DNA of 25,656 nucleotides from a virus (IMGVR_UViG_3300032039_000173:1-25656); one strand, 5' to 3'. Numbered from the stretch's first letter, positions 8,186-16,145 are shown. Translations and numbers: made by a program. The notes: generated from the letters alone by a model not told the origin.

Positions 8186-8865
8186 ACCCGCCGCTGGTCG
8201 CCTGCCTTATGCCTACCGCCGGACGCCTCCATCTGCTTCCGCGTGCCATGCGCAGCTTCTCGCGGCAAACCTATCCCAACCGCATCCTCATCGTGCTCTC
8301 GAATAATCCCGAGGAAGACGAAGTCATCGCCTCGCTCCGCATTACGCCGGACATTATCACGCATGCTGCTGTGCCAGGCAAGACTTTGGGCTACTACCGC
8401 AACGTCACCGCGCAATTGGCCGTCGCCGCGGGCGCCACCATCGCCGTCCACTTCGACGACGACGACTGGTCGCATCCGGAACGAATCGCCGATCAGGTGG
8501 CGGCGCTCGAAGCCTCTGATCGCGATTGCGTGGGCTACCGCTCCGGTTTGTTCTGGCTGGAGGAGGAAGGCAGAGCGTGGATGTATTCGAACGGACTCAA
8601 GTGCTATTGCCTCGGCAATTCGCTGTGTTACTGGCTCAAGGTGTGGGAGCGGGCGAAGTTTCCCGAACTGCGCCGCGGCGAAGATTATCACTGGCTGCGG
8701 GAGATCGATGCGCTGGGCCTTGCGCCGGATGAGCCGCGCATCATCGCAGCGGTACACAATGGCAATGCGGTGAACTATCCCATCGAGCAGCAGGCCAAGA
8801 GTTCGATTAGCTGGCGGCGGGCAGCGGAGTGGGACGAGATATGCCGGAAGGAGATGGCGCTGTGA
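8182..8865 (+). CDS. glycosyltransferase family 2 (GT-A)
   Basis: VACLMPT..R..LL.RAMRSF..QTYPN; HFDDDD (DxD) followed by ERIADQV; GED motif. Confidence 0.9.
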   Translation: MNPPLVACLMPTAGRLHLLPRAMRSFSRQTYPNRILIVLSNNPEEDEVIASLRITPDIITHAAVPGKTLGYYRNVTAQLAVAAGATIAVHFDDDDWSHPERIADQVAALEASDRDCVGYRSGLFWLEEEGRAWMYSNGLKCYCLGNSLCYWLKVWERAKFPELRRGEDYHWLREIDALGLAPDEPRIIAAVHNGNAVNYPIEQQAKSSISWRRAAEWDEICRKEMAL

Positions 8866-9068
8866 CTGATGCCGGCGACATCCTCGAAGAACTCAGCAGC
8901 CTCCTCACCCGCCACGGCTGCATCATGCTCCAGAAACCGGAAGGCTTCATGCTGGCACGCATCACCGCTCCGGGGCAAGCCGAAGCCATCGCCATCGTAG
9001 GAATGATCACCGCCGAGGGCATCGAGTACAAGCCGTGCGGACGAGACCTGCGAATTAAGTTTCAGTGA
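8862..9068 (+). CDS. hypothetical protein, 68 aa
   Basis: AAGGAG RBS; GTGA overlaps at both ends. Confidence 0.65.
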   Translation: MTDAGDILEELSSLLTRHGCIMLQKPEGFMLARITAPGQAEAIAIVGMITAEGIEYKPCGRDLRIKFQ

Positions 9069-9307
9069 AGGCGAATCTCAAACCACAGGATGATCGGTTT
9101 GTGAACAGTGGTGATGCTGCTAAAATATTGGCGACCACACCAAACACGCTCAATTACTGGCGCATGGTCGGACGCGGGCCGAAATACTACAGGCAGGGGC
9201 GCAACATCAGGTATTTGGTGTCGGATCTCATGGCATGGGGAACGGCAGAATCAGTAGATCCGACTGAGCTCAAGGTGCTACGCACCAACTCTAAGCCTTC
9301 CCGCTAA
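9065..9307 (+). CDS. excisionase/AlpA-like winged HTH DNA-binding protein
   Basis: DAAKILATTPNTLNYWRMVGRGPKYYRQGRNIRYLVSDL. Confidence 0.85.
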   Translation: MKANLKPQDDRFVNSGDAAKILATTPNTLNYWRMVGRGPKYYRQGRNIRYLVSDLMAWGTAESVDPTELKVLRTNSKPSR

Positions 9308-9335
9308 CAAGCAAACTTGCTAACATGCGTGCATG
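9307..9335 (+). repeat. 29-bp direct repeat copy 1, containing 8-bp boxes, a TGn-TAACAT -10 and the ATG
   Basis: ACAAGCAAACTTGCTAACATGCGTGCATG, identical to 10247-10275. Confidence 0.9.
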
Positions 9336-9665
9336 TCTACCGTCGCCCATCTCGCCATTTACCAAGGCGACGATTACACAGCGACCGTAACGGTGACCGA
9401 TGGAACCACGCCACCGGATCAGATCATCGCGGGCTACACCGCTAAAGCCCAGATCCGCGCCAACGTCGCCGACAACGACCCTACGGTGATCGTAGAGATC
9501 GGAACCAGCGTACAATCGCCTCTGGTGTACCTCTCGATTCCGCATACGGAAACCATTAATCTCACCGGGCGCTACCTGTGGGATTTAGAAGTCATCGATC
9601 CGGCTGGAGCGATCACTACCATCCTCAACGGCTATGCCAACATCACGCCGGAAATCACGCGTTAA
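9333..9665 (+). CDS. virion structural protein, fibre adaptor/collar-like (LtfC/BppU-type beta sandwich)
   Basis: L.IYQGDDY...GYTAKAQIR...YLWDLEV...TTILNG...ITPEITR. Confidence 0.7.
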   Translation: MSTVAHLAIYQGDDYTATVTVTDGTTPPDQIIAGYTAKAQIRANVADNDPTVIVEIGTSVQSPLVYLSIPHTETINLTGRYLWDLEVIDPAGAITTILNGYANITPEITR

Positions 9666-9670
9666 CGCTT

Positions 9671-10246
9671 ATGGCCACTAAAGCGCCGCAGAACTTTTCC
9701 GCCACGCTCGAACCGCAGCAATTCATAGCGACTGTCAAAACCAACCCAAACCCACTTAGCGGCGGCACCCCCGGTGGACCGGTGGATGCCGTGCAGTTCA
9801 ACGCCGGCGGCGGCGCCTTCAGCGGCGATGCGGGCTTTGTCTATACCGGCGGAAAGGTGGGGATTGCTCAGAGCGCTCCCGCTTACGCTCTGGATATAAA
9901 CGGCGACGTAAATGTGCTGGGCCATTTTTATCGCAATGGCATTCAGCTTTCGATCAGCAGCCAGGCGGTCGTGACCGGCAGCCGCGCCGCGGGTGTGACC
10001 TATGAGAACACGACCGGCAAGACCATGTTCGTCATGTCGTGCTGGAACCTCGGCGGCAAGAATTCGACCATCAATGCGCTTACGGATACAGCCAATCCGC
10101 CCATTACGATGGTCGCCGAGGTAGCCGATACCAGCAATTCCGCTACGACCGTGCAGGTGTTCTTTATGGTGCTCGCGGGCAGTTATTATCAACTGCAGGT
10201 GACCGCAGGGACACCCACATTAGTCACCTGGACAGAGTATACGTAG
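9671..10246 (+). CDS. short fibre / receptor-binding protein
   Basis: PGG...VQFN.GG.F.G; GKVGIAQSAP.YALDING; C-terminal SRAAGVTYENTTGK...FMVLAGSYY...WTE. Confidence 0.7.
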   Translation: MATKAPQNFSATLEPQQFIATVKTNPNPLSGGTPGGPVDAVQFNAGGGAFSGDAGFVYTGGKVGIAQSAPAYALDINGDVNVLGHFYRNGIQLSISSQAVVTGSRAAGVTYENTTGKTMFVMSCWNLGGKNSTINALTDTANPPITMVAEVADTSNSATTVQVFFMVLAGSYYQLQVTAGTPTLVTWTEYT

Positions 10247-10275
10247 ACAAGCAAACTTGCTAACATGCGTGCATG
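10247..10275 (+). repeat. 29-bp direct repeat copy 2, at the portal start
   Basis: Identical to 9307-9335. Confidence 0.9.
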
Positions 10276-12114
10276 CGCCGTCTCCGCGCCTGGCTCGCTT
10301 CGCGTGCCCTCAACCTTTCGCCGGTGCGTGACCTGCTAGACCGCGCAGGCGATGCTATTCGCGAGGCCCGAGCCGCTTCCCGGGCCTCCGAGTCTCAAGC
10401 ACTGTTCGCCGAAGAGATCGAATACCAGCGCCATCAACTCCGCATCCGTATGCGCGAAATGCTGATGCTGCGCGAAGCTGAGCTCGCCTGCGTCAATCCC
10501 CAAGCTTACGAAGGCATGCGCGCATCGGGTGCTCTGGCCGCGCCGGTACAAACCCCAGTTGAACTAAAAGAGCGGCTATGGGAACTGGAGCTGGCGCTCG
10601 AGGACCGCGGCTGGGTGCGCGAGACGACGCTCGCCATGCTCGAGTTCTCGCGCTATGGCGTGCAGCAACTGATCCGCATCTCGCGGATCTATGCGCTCAA
10701 GAACCCGATCATTAAGCGCGGCGCCGAGATCTGCCGCATGTACGTCTTCGGCCGCGGGATTGAGATGCGCGCCGAAGACGAAGCCGCGAACGAAACCATC
10801 CAGGAGTTCTTGCAGCGAAATGCTGCAGAATTGAGCCACATCGGATTAGCAAACAAGGAAAACTCCATCCAGACCGACGGCGCTTTGTACTTCGGCTTGC
10901 CGGCGAATCCGCAAGGCCAGATTACCGTTCAGACCATCGATCCGCTCGAGATCATGGACGTGCTGACCGATCCTGACGACACGGGCCGCGTCTGGTATTA
11001 CTCGCGGCAGTGGACGCAGCTCAACATCCAGACGGCCAGCGGCACGCAGCCGGGTGAACCCAAGAAAGCCTGGTATCCCTCGCTCGAGTATCTGCTAAGT
11101 AATCCGAAAGACAAGCCGGAGAACTTGGGCGCCGTGCCGGTCAATTGGGAGATGCCGGTCTATCGGGTACATGGCGGCGGCTCGCCGGCGAAGTGGCGCT
11201 GGCCGGTGCCGCCCATCTATGCGGCTATCGACTGGGCGCGCGCTTACAAGGATTTCCTCGAGGACTGGGCCACCATCCAGAAGCAACTGGCGCGTTTCGC
11301 CATGCTGGTACAAACCTCGGGTGGACCGGCGGCGATCGCGGCCTATCAGGCGCTGCTCACCACGACCTTTGCGGATGCCGGCGGCACGCAGATCGAGCGC
11401 AACCCGCCGCCAGCGATAGGAGCAGCGCATGTCTCGGGACCGGATAACAAGATCGAGCCGTTCAGAACCGCCGGCACGCAGACCGCGCCGGAGCAAGCAC
11501 GGCGAGTCCTGCTCATGGCCGCTGCCGCCTTCGGAATGCCCGAGACTTTCTTCGGGGATGCTTCGACCGGGAGTCTGGCTACCGCGGTGTCCCTTGACCG
11601 GCCCACCGAACTCAAGTTTCGCGAAATCCAGCAGCGCTGGGTCGAAACGCTGACGCGGATCTTGGAATACGTGCTGATGGTGGCCGGGCAGACGCCGGGA
11701 ACCAGGATGCGGGAAGCGCGCGCCAAGAACCCCGCGCCGCAGCCGGTCGAAATCATCGTCAGGTTCCCGGCTGTGCTCGAGCATGATATCCACGCGATGG
11801 TGCAGGCCTGGGTGGACATCGCGACTAATGGCGGAAGGCAGGGCATCTATGCGGGCGGCATCGACCGGCGCACGGTTGTCGATGGGATGCTGGCCGAAGT
11901 GGGTTACGAAAACCGGACCCAGTTGCTTGACAAGATTTACGGTGCCGATTACGATCCCAAGGCGGATGTAGAGGATCAGCGGACACAAGCAGCACCGCAA
12001 ACGATGGATCAGGGGGATAAGGGGAAGCCGGGAGCGGGTGCGGCGAAGGAAGCATTGGTGGTGTTGCGGGAGATCCGGGAGCGGGCGGCGCTGATAGGGA
12101 ATGGGAAAACATAA
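10273..12114 (+). CDS. portal protein
   Basis: Size and position; KNPIIKRG...YVFGRG, DGALYF, AAAFGMPETFFGD..TGSLATA, IIVRFP. Confidence 0.85.
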   Translation: MRRLRAWLASRALNLSPVRDLLDRAGDAIREARAASRASESQALFAEEIEYQRHQLRIRMREMLMLREAELACVNPQAYEGMRASGALAAPVQTPVELKERLWELELALEDRGWVRETTLAMLEFSRYGVQQLIRISRIYALKNPIIKRGAEICRMYVFGRGIEMRAEDEAANETIQEFLQRNAAELSHIGLANKENSIQTDGALYFGLPANPQGQITVQTIDPLEIMDVLTDPDDTGRVWYYSRQWTQLNIQTASGTQPGEPKKAWYPSLEYLLSNPKDKPENLGAVPVNWEMPVYRVHGGGSPAKWRWPVPPIYAAIDWARAYKDFLEDWATIQKQLARFAMLVQTSGGPAAIAAYQALLTTTFADAGGTQIERNPPPAIGAAHVSGPDNKIEPFRTAGTQTAPEQARRVLLMAAAAFGMPETFFGDASTGSLATAVSLDRPTELKFREIQQRWVETLTRILEYVLMVAGQTPGTRMREARAKNPAPQPVEIIVRFPAVLEHDIHAMVQAWVDIATNGGRQGIYAGGIDRRTVVDGMLAEVGYENRTQLLDKIYGADYDPKADVEDQRTQAAPQTMDQGDKGKPGAGAAKEALVVLREIRERAALIGNGKT

Positions 12115-12314
12115 TGGAACCCTACCAAAATCGAGTTGTTGATGAGTTGAAAGAACTGACGGTTAAACGCGAAAGATTGGGTGCATTCATTGGCAGTAGT
12201 CCTGTGTTTCGTGGCCTTCCATATGACGAACAGGAGCGCATGCGCCGTCAGTTCGACATCATGGTTCAGTATGAAGGAGTCCTTCAAGAACGCATTGATT
12301 ACTTTCCGAAATGA
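12114..12314 (+). CDS. crAss001_48-like small helical protein (candidate signal sponge)
   Basis: YQ.RVVDE..EL..K..RL.AFI....F..L...EQ.R...Q...M..Y..VL.ERI..F pattern. Confidence 0.75.
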   Translation: MEPYQNRVVDELKELTVKRERLGAFIGSSPVFRGLPYDEQERMRRQFDIMVQYEGVLQERIDYFPK

Positions 12315-12616
12315 CTGACAAGCCCAACGTCCGCCTGAAGCGCACCGGCAACCTCGTCGAAGTCATCCACACCCAAACTCACGCTGTTCTCGCCTGGTGC
12401 TTCATCGGCGACGAAGACAACGTAGAACGTATTGCCGACATCCTCAGCGCCAAGCGCCTGGGCGCCGCGGCCCAGGAGTTGCGCGAGATGGCGCGGCAGG
12501 ACCGGCTCGCAGCCAACCGTAAGCCGCCGGGAGTAGAGCGAGCGCTGCCGGCCGGGATGGAGCCGCTCAAGAAGCCGCCCGAAAAAGCCGCCTGGCTCAA
12601 GGCGATTTTCGGATGA
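12311..12616 (+). CDS. hypothetical protein, 101 aa
   Basis: ATGA overlaps; phage-typical codon usage. Confidence 0.7.
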   Translation: MTDKPNVRLKRTGNLVEVIHTQTHAVLAWCFIGDEDNVERIADILSAKRLGAAAQELREMARQDRLAANRKPPGVERALPAGMEPLKKPPEKAAWLKAIFG

Positions 12617-12792
12617 ATCACGGGGTTTACCTTCGTAAAAGACGTCCCAATTCTGCCAATCCACCACCATTACAGACGACCTGGGCTGATCTGGAAAAGG
12701 AGATGAAAAGAATTGGAAAACACTATCCTCCACTAGAAAAGCGAAGATTGCGCAAATCATTGATGAAGCTGATGAAGATTTTCGGATGAATC
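12604..12792 (+). repeat. 16-bp direct repeat GATTTTCGGATGAATC at 12604-12619 and 12777-12792
   Basis: Two exact copies. Confidence 0.85.
12613..12789 (+). CDS. basic hypothetical protein, 58 aa (MNHGVYLRKRRPNS...LMKIFG), not in the ORF track
   Basis: Hand translation; ATGA overlap; AT-rich; flanked by a 16-bp direct repeat. Confidence 0.55.
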   Translation: MNHGVYLRKRRPNSANPPPLQTTWADLEKEMKRIGKHYPPLEKRRLRKSLMKLMKIFG

Positions 12793-13005
12793 GTGGATGC
12801 CCCGACGCTAGTGGAAGTCGTTAGCAGCGTAAGCGAAGTGGTAGTCGCGCTAGGGGCGTTGGGCTTCGCGTTGGCACTGGCGCAGCATGAAACGAAGAGC
12901 CGCGAGCGCATCGAGAAGCGCCTGGATGCACTCACGGAGGCCATCAAAGATAAAGCGGCCACGCCCCAGCCAGAGAGCGTGAACGGAAAGGAGGTCTCAC
13001 ATTGA
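12793..13005 (+). CDS. single-TM small protein, 70 aa
   Basis: Hydrophobic VVVALGALGFALALA followed by a charged helix; overlaps the next start. Confidence 0.6.
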   Translation: MDAPTLVEVVSSVSEVVVALGALGFALALAQHETKSRERIEKRLDALTEAIKDKAATPQPESVNGKEVSH

Positions 13006-13844
13006 AGCTGTACCTGATGCGCCACGCCGAAGCTGAAGACGGCGACCAGCTCGACCCCACCCGTCCGCTGACTTCGACCGGCAAAGCCCAAGCCAAAATG
13101 ATGGGCCGGTGGCTCAAGCACCAGACTTCCGGACCGATGCTGGTGATGGAGTCGAACATGCGCCGCTCGATTCAGACCGCCAAGCGCGTATCGGAAAAGC
13201 TCGATGCCGCCCGTTCGCGTTCCTACAAGCTCGATCCCGATTCAACGCCCGAGGAAGCGCTCGCCGAAATGCAGCGCCAGGGCCGGCGGCTCAAAGCGGA
13301 CAATGTCATCGGCGTGAGCCATGGTCCACTGGTGGGCAACATCGTCGGCCTGCTAACCGGTGCCCACGGCGAACATACGCACTTCGCGCATGCAGCCATC
13401 GCGCATTTTGAGACTAACGGCCGCTATACCGAAGCCAAAGGCGAATATTACTATGACGAAGTGCCGATGAAACGCCTAGTGTTGGGTGATGGCGGCAAGA
13501 GCGGCAACTGCGACTTTTGCTCCGACGCCGACGATCTGGGCTGGATCGACGACGACGACATCTTTGAAGGGCCAGATGGCGATATGGACGAGCCGCCCTT
13601 ACATCCCAACTGCACCTGCGCGGTCGAACGCAAGGACCGGCGTGTGCGGGTCTACGATGCTGACCGCAAGGCTCCGGAAGGCGTACGCCTCTATGAAGCG
13701 CGCCGGCCCAAGGGCAAGCTGCACTGGCTTGTGACGCCAGACGTGGTGGCGCGCATGGAAGGCGAGAAAGATCTGATCGCGGAAGAAGCACGGGGCGCGG
13801 TGAATCTGGCACTCGGGGCGGCAGAAGTGGCATTGATGTTATGA
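13002..13844 (+). CDS. sixA: SixA-like phosphohistidine phosphatase with inserted MuF-like Cys/His module
   Basis: LYLMRHAEA, RPLT..G, R55, VSH107; insert CDFC...PPLHPNCTC; terminal GKLHWLVTP; AAGGAGGT RBS before TTG. Confidence 0.85.
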   Translation: MKLYLMRHAEAEDGDQLDPTRPLTSTGKAQAKMMGRWLKHQTSGPMLVMESNMRRSIQTAKRVSEKLDAARSRSYKLDPDSTPEEALAEMQRQGRRLKADNVIGVSHGPLVGNIVGLLTGAHGEHTHFAHAAIAHFETNGRYTEAKGEYYYDEVPMKRLVLGDGGKSGNCDFCSDADDLGWIDDDDIFEGPDGDMDEPPLHPNCTCAVERKDRRVRVYDADRKAPEGVRLYEARRPKGKLHWLVTPDVVARMEGEKDLIAEEARGAVNLALGAAEVALML

Positions 13845-14072
13845 CGTCCGGCGGGGAGGCGCCAGCGGCAGCGGCAAGGGTTTGGGCGTCTCGCGCCCGT
13901 ACTGCTCGCCCATCCTGGCGAGCGCCGCCAGACGATCAAAGGCCTCGCGCTGCGTGACGCGCACGGTGAGCGAGCGTTCGCTCTGCAGCCGCCGGATCAG
14001 GCCATCGAAGTATTCCCGCGCCGGCGCGCTGGGCGTAAACGCGAGGCGGCCATTTGGTTTGGCTTTCTTCAC
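13839..14072 (-). CDS. hypothetical protein, 77 aa, possibly RHH-like
   Basis: GTG 14072 overlaps the upstream stop (GTGA); RLAFTP-SAPAREYFDGL...TQREAFDRL. Confidence 0.55.
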   Translation of the reverse strand: MKKAKPNGRLAFTPSAPAREYFDGLIRRLQSERSLTVRVTQREAFDRLAALARMGEQYGRETPKPLPLPLAPPRRTS

Positions 14073-14383
14073 GGACCTGCTTTTATCGATTCGATCAACT
14101 GCCGCCGCTGCTTGTGCTCCGGCGTTTCGTGCTGGCCTAGCCGTGCCAGTAATTGAGCCGCTTGTTTTCCGGTCAACAGGCGATCTCCCACTTGTTGCTG
14201 CAGCCAGCGCATGCAGGTGGCTACGCCTTCTGTGAAGGACTCCTCGGTTTTGTGCTCGTGATAGCCGTGTAAGTATTCGGCCCAGTGCTTCGCACAATAA
14301 ATCTGCGTGGAGGTACGCACGCTTTCGCAGCCTTCCCACAGGCACTTACGCGGCTCACCATGCTTGTATGTTCCACGTGGCAC
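14069..14383 (-). CDS. putative Zn-binding protein, 104 aa
   Basis: CLWEGC-x10-CAKH motif; GTG 14383 lies just downstream of a promoter-like site. Confidence 0.65.
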   Translation of the reverse strand: MPRGTYKHGEPRKCLWEGCESVRTSTQIYCAKHWAEYLHGYHEHKTEESFTEGVATCMRWLQQQVGDRLLTGKQAAQLLARLGQHETPEHKQRRQLIESIKAGP

Positions 14384-14392
14384 TTTATAAAT

Positions 14393-14441
14393 ACTGTAGA
14401 CAGAAAACGAGTTATCTTGCAAGCTTGTTAGCAAGTTGTCA
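14393..14441. promoter_or_regulatory. divergent control region: minus-strand TTGCAA-18-TACAGT promoter plus 8-bp box array
   Basis: Boxes AGTTATCT TGCAAGCT TGTTAGCA AGTTGTCA (14410-14441); AT-rich. Confidence 0.6.
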
Positions 14442-16145
14442 TTAAGCCCCGCTTATAAAGCCCTCGCCCAGTGGCTTCAGGAAGCCGGCGAAGAACTTTC
14501 TCACTCCGATATCTGCCGTGGCCTTGCCGACTGCCTCAAGGATCTTTATCCGGACTGTTTCTGCTATATCTGCGACGTCTTCGGCGATGATGATTCCGGT
14601 GACGTGGTGTACCAGAAAGACGGCGAATATTACCGCGCGCCCTACGAGATCGGCTTCAACGACGGCAAGCGCACCCATTCGATCGACACCGCCAATGCGG
14701 TCGATGTCCTGCCGCGCACAGTGTACGACGAAGAAGCGGATGAAGACGGCATGGAGGGCATGGGCGAAGCCGAACGCAAAAAGAAATTTGTAGAGCGATT
14801 CCCTGGAGCCTCCTCCTGGAAGCATCGGCGGCTGGCCGAGCGATTCATTGCCAAATCCGAGCGTGATGCTGCCGATACTTCCGATTTTGCCGGCACGGGC
14901 CGCTCGTTTCCGATTCTGCGTCCTTCCGACGTCATGGCCGCTGTTCACTCTATCGGCAGGGGTGTGGCCGGCGGCCAGAGCGCCGGTTCGCTCAAACGCA
15001 ACATCAAGTCGATCGCCAAACGCAAGGGCTGGCACAAGCACCTGCCGCAATCCTGGCAGGACGAAGAGAAGGATGGCGAAGAGAAGAAGGACGAATCCAC
15101 ACGAACGGACGCCAAAGGCGCGCGCCTGATTGAATCCGCTGCGTTCGAGCAGGGCTACGTATTCACCGAGGCCTCGGCTGTTAATCCGCTGGTAAAGATC
15201 ATCTCGCCCGGGCGCGGCTCCTCCGGCTACTACACGCAAGACGTGCTCGAGCGGGATGGTCCGCAGATCTTCAAGCGCGGCACGCTGATGTACATCAATC
15301 ACGCCACGCCCACTGAGGAAGCCGAGCGGCCTGAAGGCGACTGGTCGAAGCTCGCCGCCGTAACCACCGGGGATGCGTACTGGGACGAGCACGGAAAAGA
15401 TGGCGCTGCGCTCTATGCGCCGGCCAAGGTGTTCAGTGAATACGCCAGCCAGGTAGCCGAGAAGGCGCCTTATACCGGTGTTTCGATCCGGGCCCGCGGC
15501 CTCTATGCCGAAGGCAAACGCCTGGCGCCGGACGGCAAGCCGGGCTTAATCGAGCGGCTCACGCACGCCGACTCAATCGATCTGGTTACCAAAGCGGGGC
15601 GCGACGGCAAGTTGCTGCTCGAGTCCGCGAATGAAGGAGACGTTATGGATGAAGCAGTACTCCGCGAATTGCGCCAGGAAATTTCCGGGTTGCGCCAGAC
15701 CATTGCGGCACAGGCCGAAGGCCCGCGCGCCATACGGGAAGCGCTCGAGGGCATCCGCTTGCCCGGACCCTTGCATGTGGTCGAAGCCACGCGCACACGC
15801 ATCGCTGAACGCATCGCTCCCTCGCTGCCGTTCAAGGACGGCAAGGTGGATCAATCTGCGCTCGGCAAATTGGTCGAATCCGCGGCACTGGAGGAATCGC
15901 GGTTCCTGGCCACGCTCGGCTTTGGTTCTGGTGTCGCCGGCATGGGCCAGCGCATGACCGAAGCCGAGATCCAGAAGCTCACCGAAGACGACGGCAAGGC
16001 CTGGGGAGAACAGTTTGAGGAATCCATGTCGCGCCTGGCGGATGTCTTCGTGGGCAAGAAGATCAACGAAGGCGAGCAATCCGAATCTGAGCGCATGGCG
16101 CGCAAGCGCATGCGCCGGATCTTCAAGGAAGGGAGGGCCGCCTAA
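14436..16145 (+). CDS. prohead maturation protease/scaffold fusion with extra N-terminal domains (TTG start uncertain)
   Basis: IISPGRGSSGYY...MYINH...GVSIRA...SIDLVTKAGRDGK; helical C-terminal scaffold; upstream of cement and capsid genes. Confidence 0.8.
   Translation: MSLSPAYKALAQWLQEAGEELSHSDICRGLADCLKDLYPDCFCYICDVFGDDDSGDVVYQKDGEYYRAPYEIGFNDGKRTHSIDTANAVDVLPRTVYDEEADEDGMEGMGEAERKKKFVERFPGASSWKHRRLAERFIAKSERDAADTSDFAGTGRSFPILRPSDVMAAVHSIGRGVAGGQSAGSLKRNIKSIAKRKGWHKHLPQSWQDEEKDGEEKKDESTRTDAKGARLIESAAFEQGYVFTEASAVNPLVKIISPGRGSSGYYTQDVLERDGPQIFKRGTLMYINHATPTEEAERPEGDWSKLAAVTTGDAYWDEHGKDGAALYAPAKVFSEYASQVAEKAPYTGVSIRARGLYAEGKRLAPDGKPGLIERLTHADSIDLVTKAGRDGKLLLESANEGDVMDEAVLRELRQEISGLRQTIAAQAEGPRAIREALEGIRLPGPLHVVEATRTRIAERIAPSLPFKDGKVDQSALGKLVESAALEESRFLATLGFGSGVAGMGQRMTEAEIQKLTEDDGKAWGEQFEESMSRLADVFVGKKINEGEQSESERMARKRMRRIFKEGRAA

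Noticed and set aside
9065-9307. Functional excisionase marking a prophage end
   Set aside because: No adjacent integrase or att site; it lies mid-genome and is more likely a regulator
9307-10275. 29-bp repeats as a CRISPR array or att sites
   Set aside because: Only two copies, 940 bp apart around coding genes; no cas or integrase in the window
12793-13005. Holin assignment for the single-TM ORF
   Set aside because: No endolysin or spanin nearby; one TM helix is not enough
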